A stretch of 64,000 nucleotides of DNA from positions 61,196,001-61,260,000 of the forward strand of contig CM059432.1 of the NCBI GenBank assembly GCA_030390025.1, in the 5' to 3' direction. Positions 25,503 to 36,740 of the stretch are shown piece after piece (positions within the stretch are counted from its first letter, which is position 1; every line of letters starts with the position of its first letter). The translations under genes and the position numbers were made by a program. This DNA comes from Squalus acanthias. Its lineage: Eukaryota. The notes under the pieces were generated by a model, which saw only the letters and a list, made by a program, of their open reading frames with translations, had not been told where the DNA came from and made no database searches.

Positions 25503-26014
25503 TGAGAAGTCGCACAACACCAGGTTATAGTCCAACAGATTTATTTAAAGTTACAAGCTTTCGGAGCTATCGCCCCTTCTTCAGGTAAAATTACAATGAG
25601 TGAATCTACAAAAGTTCACAGAATATAAACACAGAAACTGCAGAGATACAATCTTTCCTTACATCAAAGACACACCAAGAGCACAGCCAAGACAATGAGA
25701 TGTGTCCCAGGGGGTCCAACGTGTCAAAACCTGCTGTCTGCAGTGTTTTTTTGGGTTTGTTTTTTGTGGGGGGTTTTTTGTGTTTGTTTTTTAAAAACTG
25801 GAAAGACAGACAACGATGTCAAGTCACGTTCTGTAGCGTGACATGAACCCGATATCCCTATTGAGGCCGTCCTCATGAGTGCGGAACTTGGCTATCAGTT
25901 TCTGCTCGATGATTTTGCGTTGTTGTGTGTCTCGAAGGCCGCCTTGGAGAACGCTAACCCGCAGATCCGAGGCTGAATGCCCTTGACTGCTGAAGTGTTC
26001 CCCGACTGGGAGGC
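25503..26014 (-). mobile_element. Penelope-like family P2 3' fragment with 12-bp TSD
   Basis: GIY-YIG C-terminus LPVGEHFSSQGHSASDLRVSVLQGG...EQKLIAKFRTHEDGLNRD; TSD AACTTTCTTTTA at 25491-25502 and 26015-26026. Confidence 0.88.
25551..25588 (-). ncRNA. Minimal type I hammerhead ribozyme motif (P2), intact core
   Basis: Minus strand reads TTAC-CTGAAGA-A-GGGGC-GATA-GCTCC-GAAA-GC-TT-GTAA. Confidence 0.8.
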
Positions 26015-26299
26015 AACTTTCTTTTAGGCCTCAGTCTAAACATCAGAATCTTAGGAGTGCTTATAGCCCTTTAAAATGCCTGGCGTTGCAGTGGCAGTTC
26101 TGCTGCATCACCACTAGGATTTTAGAACCGAGACCTGACAGACTCCTTCTTAGCAGCAGGAATCCTGCCGGGAGCCCACCATGCATATCAAATGACGCCC
26201 AACACAGGGCAATGGATCAGGGTTGAGGTGGATTTGGTGAGGCAGGTAGAAGTCCTGCCTTGCTGGAACGCTGCTCCAAAGAGGAGAATCTAGCATTAT

Positions 26300-26797
26300 A
26301 TCTAGAAAGGGTACAGAGGAGATTTACGAGGATGTTGCCTGGACTGGAGAATTTTAGCTACGAGGAAAGATTGGCTAGGCTGGGTTTGTTTTCTTTGGAA
26401 CAGAGGAGGCTGAGGGGAGACCTTATTACAGTGTATAAAATCATGAAGGGCCTAGATAGAGTGGATAGGAAGGACCTATGTCCCTTAGCAGAGGGGTCAA
26501 CAACCAGGGGGCATAGATTTAAAGTAATTGGTAGGAGGTTTAGAGAGGATTTGAGGGGAAATTTCTTCACCCAGAGGGTGGTGGGGGTCTGGAACTCACT
26601 GCCTGAAAGGGTGGTAGAAACCCTCACCACATTTAAAAAGTGCTTGAATGTGCACTTGAAGTGCCGTAACCTACAGGGCTATGGACCAAGTGCTGGAAAG
26701 TGGGATTAGGCTGGATAGCTATTGGTCGGCCGGCGCGGACACAATGGGCCAAAATGGCCTCCTTCTGTGCTGTAACTTTCTATGATTCTATGATCTC
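26300..26797 (+). mobile_element. CR1 3' fragment
   Basis: LERVQRRFTRMLPG...GYGPSAGKWD followed by a (TTCTATGA)n tail. Confidence 0.92.
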
Positions 26798-26863
26798 TGA
26801 ACTGGATCCAAAAGGGGTAGAGTGTGTCTGTGAAGTTGGGCGGAGAGAATAGATGGGGAGAAT

Positions 26864-26936
26864 AACGCTCCTGTGAAGCGCCTTGGGATGTTTTACTACG
26901 TTAAAGGCGCCATATAAATACAAGTTGTTGTTGTTG
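26864..26936 (+). mobile_element. Isolated L2 3' tail
   Basis: CTGTGAAGCGCCTTGGG...TATAAATACAAG(TTG)n, as at 40615-40682. Confidence 0.75.
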
Positions 26937-27869
26937 AGGTAACGCTTGGGGAGGTGATGATCTGGTTAGTCTGTTGAAAATCCAAATGTCACGTTGTTTT
27001 GCAAAGTATAAAAGTACTTATAATTAATCAGAAAGCGTAATTTTTAATGTAAAACTGCAAGTTTTCCAGGGAAGCAAGCCCCCAGAACAAGAAATGCCCC
27101 ACCAATTTTGTGCCTTCAGCATTTGGATTTCTTCCTTTCAGGCTTCTATTCAGTACTTCTATTTTCTTTCCATCAATGGAAGTAAATGAATGTTGAGTAT
27201 GTCGAGAGCTGAGTTACAAGGCCCATGTAACTAGTTGTGTTCACATGTCATATGCTTAGAAGCAGGATTGTTTTTGAGTTGTCAGCTTTTTGGGGGGCTG
27301 TGTCAGCTTCTGCTAATTAGCAATAGGGAGGCATGTATGACTCAGACCAATGGCATTCCTGTATTGTATGTAGATCAGTGGATAATAGTAGATGAATTCA
27401 GTCAGAAGTACTATGAATGTATCGATCTGATGTCCAACTATACCCAGGTGCTCTTCACTCTAACATCATCAGGTAACTAGGCAGCTAGCTGAAGCCACAT
27501 TGAATAGCAAGGCAGTACATTAGCTGTGTGAATCTATGATGCTTTCCTCTCTCAAACTAATGAAAGGAGGGCAACTCCTGACCACGTGGCTGGCAAGTCT
27601 TTTTTTCATTAAGGCAGAGAATGATTACATTAACCGTCTCCAAAATAATCCTACAGAAGATCAAGGTAGCATGGCCAGACACAAAGTAAAGCTTAATCTA
27701 CTCTGCCCCAACAATGTACCTTCAATTCAACCTCACAACAGAATTGCTGACAATTTGTGACAAACTAAGGACAGTTTTGTCCTGTAAACTGTCCAACAAC
27801 ATCTTGCACGCCTTTAATGTAGAAAATCGTCCCCAAACGCATATGGAAAAAATGGATGCTATGCTAAAG

Positions 27870-28790
27870 AAGGAGTTACAAGGAAGGGGTGACCAAAAGT
27901 CGAAGAACTGAGTTTTAAGGTGAGTCTTAAAGGAGAATTATGAGAGGGAGATGGGGAGGTAGATGAGTAAAAGGAGAGAACACCCAGGGCCTAAGTGGCT
28001 GAAGGCACGGCTATCACAGGTGGTGCAAAGGGAGAGGGAGAATGCACAAGAGGCCACAGTCAGAGGAACGGAGCATTCAAGAGTGGGGTAGTAGGGTTGG
28101 AGGAGGTTACAGAGGCAAGGATGAAGCCACGGATAGATTAAAACATAAGGAGGAGGATTTTATATTTGCAGTGTTGGGGATGTAGGATGGGAGACCAGCT
28201 GGAGAACATTGAATAGTAGACAAAGGCATGGATGAGGATTTCAACAGTAAATAGGCTAAGGTAGGGGCAGAGGTTAGTGATGTTACGGAGATGGAATTAG
28301 GTAGTCCTTGCAATGGGGTCAGAAGTTCAGCTCAGGTTCGAATAGAATGCTAGGGTTGCAAACAATCTATTTCAGCCTGAGACAGTGGCTGGGAAGAGGG
28401 AAGGAGTCTATGGTGAGGGTAAACAGTTTGTGGCCGGGGCCGAAGACAATGGCTTCGGTCTTCCCAATGTTTAGCTGGAGGAAATTGCGACTTATCCAAG
28501 ACTAGATGCCAAACAAGATGTCTGATAGAACAGAGGTGATGGAGGGTTCGAGAGAGGTGTGGAAGGTAGAGCTGGATGTCAGCAGCATACATGTGGAAGC
28601 TGACCCCATGTCTTCAGATGATGTTGCCAAGGAGTAGAGTGGAACCAAGCGAGGGCAGTCCCACCAAGCTGGGCAACTGAGGTGAGGCATTGGAGGAAGA
28701 AAGCGTGGTTAACCGTGTCAAAGGTAGATGGAGAGTGATATTGCACCATGGGCACAGTCGTAGAGAATAACATTTGTGACTTTAGTTTGA
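27870..28790 (-). mobile_element. Old degraded L2 fragment
   Basis: Remnants MYAADIQLY and QLGGTALAWFHS. Confidence 0.75.
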
Positions 28791-29317
28791 ACCCACTAAG
28801 ATCCATGTTGAAGCTACTCAATGTCAGTTTATATCAGTTCCTTATACATGTCAGAGCAGGAAAATTTTAATTCCATAAATCTGGGGTGGATCCAATCCCA
28901 GATCCAAGAGGGCAATGTTCAGTGCGTTAACCCACTATGCCAAGCAGTCATCCAAAATGATTATGTTTCCTTCTTTTCCTGCCCCTAACCAATGTCCTTC
29001 TATAGCTCTACTGAATTAGGAATTGAACAACTTTCATTTTAAATGCTGCAACTAAATCAGTATTTACTACACTAGGTGGCAGCCTCTCCCCCTAAGTAGA
29101 TCATTCATAATAGTAAAAAAGTTATATGTTGTTTACTACAGCGATAATTTTAATGGAGAAAAAATTGTGGGGATTACATGTCCGAATAATTGAGTGGGTC
29201 CCTGGTGGTTGGGCTGTGTTAGAAGCACGGTTTTGTAAAATTATCTCTTAAAATTCCTCCCTCCACTTGGTTATTTGGCCACATGACTGGATATCATGTG
29301 CAAAATTTAAAGTCTTA

Positions 29318-29423
29318 AAAAAAAGATTTGCATTTATATAGCGCCTTTCACGACCACCGGACGTCCCAAAGCGCTTTACAGCCAATGAGGTACTTTTGAA
29401 GTGTAGTCACTGTTGTAATGTAG
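29318..29423 (-). mobile_element. Deu-SINE tail
   Basis: TTGCATTTATATAGCGCCTTTCACGACC...; the same tail lies on the plus strand at 40750-40857. Confidence 0.75.
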
Positions 29424-29451
29424 AAGTACATCCTCTCTATCATATATGAAA

Positions 29452-29840
29452 TTTTTTTTATTCGTTCATGGGATGTGGGCGTCACTGGTGAGGCCAGCAT
29501 TTATTGCCCATCCCTGGTTGCCCTTGAGTAGGTGGTGGTGAGCCGACTTCTTGAACTGCTGCAGTCCGTGTGGTGAAGGTACTCCCACAGTGCTGTTAGG
29601 GAGAGAGTTCCAGGATTTTGACCCAGCGACGATGAAGGAACGGCGATATACTTCCAAGTCAGGATGGTGTGTGACTTGGAGGGGAATTTGGAGGTGGTGG
29701 TGGTCCCATGCGCCTGTTGCCCTTGTCCTTCTAGGTGGTAGAGGTCGCGGGTTTGGGAGGTGCTGCCGAAGAAGCCTTGGCGAGTTGCTGCAGTGCATCT
29801 TGTAGACGGTACACACTGCAGCCATGGTACGCCAGTGGTG
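29452..29840 (-). mobile_element. 3' end of the tRNA-headed LINE family
   Basis: Matches 12230-12610. Confidence 0.9.
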
Positions 29841-30329
29841 AGTGAGTAGGTACTAACATATGATAAAGAAGGACATGTAAAGACCAGCTGGTCCATTCAG
29901 CCCAACCCATCCTGGCCTGGTGTAACATCTGCACACCATCATTCCTATCCTACCCAAGCAGCCACACAATTTCTTTGGATAGATAACGAAATCAGAAAAA
30001 ACCTAGACCAATTTAGCCAATGGGAACAATCCCTGACATCAGTAAGCTATCAAATATATGAGCAAGATAGAATGAGAATAAAGAGGAGGTTAAAAATTGT
30101 GTTAACTCGTAGCTTGGGCAGGGGCTCCAACTTCCCATACCCGACTCTCTTGTCTCCATTCCAAGTAGCCCAAGTGGCTCCTCAAGAACTGAGGGACACT
30201 TAATTGCACAACCCTCTGCCCATATGAGTCCTTTCATGGAAGTTATGCAGCACCTTGTCCCGCAAGTAGGAAGCAGAAGTAAGAAGTTCATTTTGTTAAA
30301 CAGGATATACAGCAATAATTTGTGCAGGA

Positions 30330-31117
30330 AACCATATGTAGTTATTTGTGCCATTAACTCGTCTATTTTGTTACGAATGCTACGTGCATTCAGATAGAGA
30401 ACTTTCAAATATGCTTTGTGGCACTTAGTTCCTGCTTTTTCACTTTTTACCAGTTTACCTTTTACTCCACACACTCTGTCCCTTCCTGCCACGCTCTGAT
30501 TTGTGATTCCCCTACTGCTACCTATGTCTATTTTTATTTTTTGCTCTCTTGAAACCTCCCCCCCACTAATTAGTTTAAAGCCCTCTCCACAGCCCTAGTT
30601 ATTCGATTCGCCAGGACACTAGTCCCAGCACTGGCCAAGTGAAGTCCGTCCCAACGGAACAGCTCTCTCCTGCCCCAGTACTGGTGCCAGTGTCCCAAGA
30701 AGCAAAACCCATTTTTCCCACACCAGTCTTTGAGCCATGCATTCAACTCCCTGATTTTATTTACCCTAGCCAAATTTGCTCGTGGCTCAGGTAGTAATCC
30801 AGAGATTATTACCCTCGAGGTTCTGCTTTTTAATTTGGCCCCTAGCTGCTCAAACTCCCTCAGCAGAACCTCTTTCCTTGTCCTATCTATGTCATTGGTA
30901 CCAACATGGACCACGACAACTGGATCCTCCCCCTCCCACTCCAAGTTTCTCTCCAGCCCAGAGGAGATGTCCTTAACCCTGGCACCGGGCAGGCAACACA
31001 GCCTTCGGGACTCTCGCTCTTGGCTGCAAAGAAAGAACCCTATCTATCCCCCTAATGATACTATCCCCTACCACTACAACATTTCTTTTTACTCCCCCCA
31101 CTTGAATGGCCCCCCTT
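30330..31117 (-). mobile_element. CR1 ORF1 (SGNH esterase-like) and ORF2 start
   Basis: VVVVHVGTNDI...DGLHL in ORF 30570-30944; ORF2 APE start LYLNARSIRNK. Confidence 0.85.
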
Positions 31118-33000
31118 ACCACTGTTCTGCCCATCTGACCAACCCGTCTATATAGTCCTGTAGCCTGAGGCTTCCCTCCTCGCTATCTACCACCCCACCA
31201 ATTTTCGTGTCATCTGCAAACTAACTGATCATACCTCCTACATCCATATCTAAATCATTAATGTACACTACAAACAGCAAAGGACCCAGCACCGATCCCT
31301 GCGGTACACCACTGGACACAGGCTTCCAGACACAAAAACAACCTTCGACCATCACCCTCTGCCTCCTGCCACTAAGCCAATTTTAGATCCAATGTGCCAA
31401 GTTGCCCTGGATCCCATGGGCTTTTACCTTCTTGAACAGTCTCCCATGCAGGACTTTGTCAAAAGCCTTACTGAAGTCCATGTAGACCACATTAACTGCA
31501 CTACCCTCATCCACACACCTAGTCACCCCCTCGAAAAATTCAATCAAATTGGTCAGACATGATCTCCCCCTGACAAAGCTATGCTGACTATCCTTGATTA
31601 ATCCTTGCCTCTCCAAGTGGAGACTAATTCTGTCCCTCAGAATTTTTTCCAATAATTTCCCTACCACTGATGTTAGGCTCACTGGCCTGTAATTCCCTGG
31701 TTTATCCCTACTACCCTTCTTGAATAATGGTACTACGTTAGCTGTTCTCCAGTCCTCTGGCACTTCCCCTGTGGCCAGAGAGGTTCTGAAAATTTGTGTC
31801 AGAGCCCCTGCAATCTCCTCCCTTGCCTCACACAGCAGCCTGGGATACATCTCGTCTGGGCCTGGGGATTTATCCACTTTTAAGCCTGCTAAAACCGCTA
31901 GTACCTCCTCCCTCTCAATACTAATTTGTTCAAGTATATCACAATCCCCCTGCCTGATTTCTATGCCGACATCGTCCTTCTCCATAGTGAACACAGATGC
32001 AAAATATTCATTTAAAACCCCACCTACATCTTCTGGCTCTACACACAGATTGCCACTTTGGTCCCTAATGGGCCCTACTCTTTCCCTGGTTATCCTCTCG
32101 CCCTTAATATACTTATAAAACACCTTGGGATTTTCCTTTATTTTGCCCGCCAGTGTTTTTTCATGCCCTCTCTTCGCTCTCCTAATTTCCTTTTTAAGTA
32201 CCCCCCTGCACTTTCTATACTCCTCTAGGGCCTCCACTGTTTTTAGTCCTTTGTATCTGCCAAAAGCCTCCCTTTTTTCCCTAATCCATTCTCGTGTATC
32301 CCTTGACATCCAGGGTTCCCTGGGCTTGTTGGTCCCACCCTTGGCCTTTACGGGAACATGTTGGCGTTGTACTTTCTCTATTTCCTTTCTGAAAGACTCC
32401 CACTGCTCTGATGTGGATTTTCCTACAAGTAGCTGATCCCAGTCCACTTTAGCCAGATTCTGCCTTTCATATTAAAATCGGCCTTCCCCCAATTTAGAAC
32501 CTTTATCTCCGGTCCATCTTTGTCCTTTTCCATGACTACCTTAAATCTCACCGAATTATGGTCACTGTCACCAAAATGCTCTCCTACTAACACTTCTACC
32601 ACTTGCCCAGCTACATTCCCTAGAATTAGGTCCAGTACCGCCCCCTCTCTTGTAGGACTTTCTACATGCTGGCTCAAAAAGCTCTCCTGGATGCACTTTA
32701 AGAATTCCGCACCCTCTAAGCCTTTCATACTCTGACTATCCCAGTTAATATTGGGGAAGTTGAAATCCCCTACTATTATTACCCTATTATTTCTACACTT
32801 CTCTGAGATTTGCCTACATATCTGTTCCTCTATCTCCCCCTGACTGTTTGGGGGCCTATAGTACACTCCCAGCAAAGTGCTTGCCCCCTTTTTGTTTTTA
32901 AGTTCTACCCATATGGCCTCATTAGAGGAACCTGCTAAGATATCATCCCTCCTTACAGCAGTAATTGACTCCTTGATTAATATTGCGACACCCCCTACTC
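31118..33000 (-). mobile_element. CR1 ORF2 internal fragment (APE C-half and RT), 3' end missing
   Basis: ORFs 32423-33049 and 31383-32447; very similar to 56047-57860. Confidence 0.92.
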
Positions 33001-33241
33001 TGTCGGACAACCGAGCGCAACGAGTGCTGTCCTCACCAGTGTATTGCATTGCTCGTTATAATATTAAAATCAGCTGCTCACTGATTTTCACCAAGACTAT
33101 TGAACAGTGACTTCAACCCTGAAAGGAATTGTCATTGCTGATCGCTTTCCAGAAATCCAACCCAACACTAACTGTACACTGCCAGCACTAGTGCAAAGTG
33201 GCGGAAGATTTTCCCTAAACTGTGTTGATCTTTTACATAAC

Positions 33242-33911
33242 GGCCCGGATCTTGTGGTGGGAATAACAGTGAGGCTAGCAGGAGTAAAGTGGGCAGCAAC
33301 TTTCGGAGTCCGCACATGCGCAGTTAAATGCGGAAATCAGCAAGTTGCTGTCCGAGTTACCCTGCTCCTCCAGAAGCTTCACTCCACCAGTATCTCGCCA
33401 AGAGACTCGGGATTGAAATCCATGTAAGGGCATGAAGTTGCTGTACTTACCCCACTAGTTACCCACTAAACACACCAGAAAAAGTTGGGGCTGGTGCATT
33501 CAGCTGTAAGTGAATTTTTAATGATGTGTTAACTCTTAATTACTGCCAAACAACCGCTCTGGCACTGAAAATTTAATTTTACAAGTGTCGAGTCTCATTC
33601 CTTCAGAATGTAATTATTGTTGGAGATATAAAAAAAAATTAACTTTTTCTTTCTGTCTTTTGTATCTCTCTCTCTTAATCCCATCTTTCTTTCCCTCGCT
33701 TTATTTTGATTTTTGTACATGATTTTACATTGAATTAAATATTCTAATTTATACTTCCTGGTTTAGATTCTGCATATCTCAGTGAAGATTCTTCAAGATG
33801 ATTGGTTGAAGAATCATGCTGTTGCTTGTCCTGCTCATACAAGACATAGATCCCCTATAGAGGGCGCCACGTTGGACCAGACGCCCGATAACAGACCGCA
33901 AAATCTGGGCC
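33242..33911 (+). mobile_element. Harbinger-type MITE (family shared with 61262-62027)
   Basis: TIRs GGCCCGGATCTTG / CAAAATCTGGGCC; shared internal CCCACTAGTTACCCACTAAACACACCAG. Confidence 0.75.
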
Positions 33912-34261
33912 AATATCATAAGGACAAAAAAGGACAGCTCATCGCCCTTCCCAGACAAGGCAAGATACTTTCCAATAAAACCCGCATTTCCTTTTTCGCT
34001 TGTATTGCTTCCTTTATAACAAATTCCAATGATGTCAAACTAACAGGCTGATAATATCTAGGATTATACTACCAACCTTTTTTAAAATTCGAAGATTAAC
34101 TATTCTCTGACGGGGCACCCACCCCCCAATTCTATTTTATTAAAATTAATGGCTCTGTTTCATCTGGTCCTTTTCTCTTATAAATACTCAAGTACTGCAG
34201 TTTTATTTTAATAACTATTTAATTAGCCATCTCTATTTTATCCGTGAACTAAGATGCACCC

Positions 34262-34714
34262 CCAGACTTGGGCACCAGTCCCCAGATGTTAATGAGGAGG
34301 ACTTTTCACAGTCAACATGGGCTCAGTTGCTTGAGTCTTGTTCTGATGTGGTCTGGGCCGTTGTCGATAGGTTCATCCCTTATTTCTCTTGTGACTGTTT
34401 TCTATAGCAATTGTTTACAACTAAGTGGTTTGCTAGGTCATCTCAGTGGCCATTAAGAGTCAACCACATATTATGACACTGGAGTCACGTGTAGGACAGA
34501 CCAGGTAGGGGGGACAGGTTCCCATCCCTGAAGACCATTAGTGAACTAGCTTGGTCTTTACAACAATATTGCAGCTTTGATGGTCAATTTTCCTGGTGCT
34601 AGCTGATAAATGACTAGATTTATTGAATTCCATTTCACAATTTGCCAAGGTGGCATTCAACTCATAACTTCTGGGTTGCTACTCAAGTAGCATAACCACT
34701 ACACTACTGTACCC
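34262..34714 (-). mobile_element. Older 5' end of the tRNA-headed LINE (head, SINE-like body and APE start)
   Basis: The reverse complement aligns by eye to 9450-9925, including TTCACTAATG, GTGACTCCAG and ACATCTGGGGAC. Confidence 0.7.
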
Positions 34715-35394
34715 AGATTCTCATCGTTACAATTTTGAGGTTATTATAGAACAATTTTCTCTCTTAACTGATTGAGTTATTTATATAAGAGAACTTGTCT
34801 TCTCTGATAAAGCATCTCTATTTTTTTAATAATCTGCCCTGCATATGATTGCATGACTCAAGGATTAATAATTCTTCTTACTTGCAGAAATCTGCAAACT
34901 AAAATTACCCTAGTCTTCTCCTGCAATATCACTTCCTTCAGATGGGCAGAATATTAAATGCAAGCAAGTTTTTATAGGCTAAAACTACTAAATATATTTA
35001 CTACTAAAACTCGCTTTCACAGCCACATCTCTTTCTTCAGCAACTGTCTCCAGCTCCGACTTATTCCATGTGGACTCTAACTTAAATTCCACCCTTCATG
35101 TTTCGGATCCATCCATGATTACAGATATCTCCATTATATTCAGTGTTCAATGAACCACTGCTCTCGCCGCTTCCCGAGTTCCACGCTCAACGCCATGCAT
35201 GCTCGTGACCTCTCTCTTCAGCAGTACCGACTCATTCTATTTCCAGAGTTGTCCTGGTCCGCAGTTCAAATTAATCCTTCGCCTCATCCGGCATTTTAAC
35301 AAAAAACTTTTTTTTCTTCCTTTTAGGCGTCAAGGACCACAAGCTTCAACAACGCTTAGATACCAACGCCATTCTGGATTCTTCTTCCCCCTTA

Positions 35395-36740
35395 CAATAA
35401 TAATAATCAAGGAAAAAATTAACGGGCACTTGGAGAGGTTTAAGCTAATTAAGGAGAGCCAACATGGATTTGTAAAAAGCAGATCATGTTTGACTAATCT
35501 AATTGAATTTTTTGATGAAGTAACAGGGAAGAATGATGAAGGAATCCAATGGATGTTGTCTACATGGATTTTAGGAAGGCGTTTGACAAAGTACCACATA
35601 GAAGGCTGGTTAACAAAATTGAGGCTCATGCAATAGGTGGGTCAGTGGCAGTTTGGATAAGGAATTGGCTTAAGGACAGAAAACAGCGAGTTGTGGTAAA
35701 TGGCTGTTTTTCAGACTGGACGATGGTAGACAGTGGTGTTCCCCAAGGGTCAGTGCTGGGGCCACTGCTTTTTTTGATATATATAAATGACCTGGATATT
35801 GGAACACAGTAGAATTTCTAAATTTGCCGATGACACCAAACTTGGGGGTGTGGCAAACAGTGAGGATGATACCAATCGACTGCTGCAGGACATAGAAAGG
35901 CTAGCAGAATGGGCAGACAAGTGGCAGATGGAATTTAATACAGAGAACAGTGAGGTGATGCATTTTGGCAGAAGGAACAGGGAGAGGCAATATACACTTA
36001 ATGGCACAGTTTTAAAGAGTGTGCAGGGACAGAGGGACCTGGGAGTTAATGTGCATAGGTCCCTGAAGGTGGCAGGACATATTGAGAGAGTGGTTAGCAA
36101 AGCATATGGGATCTTGGCCTTCATAAATAGAGGTATTGAGTACAAAAGTAGAGAAGTTATGCTGAACCTTTATAAAGCGCTGGTTAGGCCACAACTGGAG
36201 TATTGCGTCCAGTTCTGGTCACCACACTTTAGGAAGGATGTGAAGGCCCTTGAGAGGGTGCAGAGGAGATTTACCAGAATGGTTCCGGGGATGGGGGAAC
36301 TTAGCTACAAGGACAGGTTGGAGAAGCTGGATTTGTTTTCATTAGAGCAAAGGAGGTTGAGGGGTGATTTGATAGAGGTTTACAAGATTAAGACGGGTTT
36401 GGATAGGCTAGACGGGGAAAGGCTGTTCCCACTAGTTGATGGTACAAGGACTAGGGAACACACAGATTTAAGGTTTTGGGCAAGAGATACAGGGGGATGG
36501 GAGGGAAAACTTTTTTACGCAGTGAGTGGTGAGGACCTGGAACCACCTGCTGACGGAAGTGGTGGAAACGGAGACACTCAATGTTTTCAAGGGGAGACTG
36601 GATAGGCACTTGAGGGAAATAAACTTGCAAGGCTACGGGGATAGAGCGGGGGAATGGGACTGACTGGATTGCTCCACAGAGAGCTGGCACAGACTCGATG
36701 GGCCGAATGGCCGCCTTCTGTGCCATTATAACTCTATGGC
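35395..36740 (+). mobile_element. CR1 RT/3' fragment nested in Penelope
   Basis: [13 protein letters not shown] and a CR1 3' UTR. Confidence 0.9.

Noticed and set aside
30013..30492. 159-aa ORF as a host gene
   Set aside because: It is a chimera of the CR1 ORF2 start (YLNARSIRNK) and flanking DNA.
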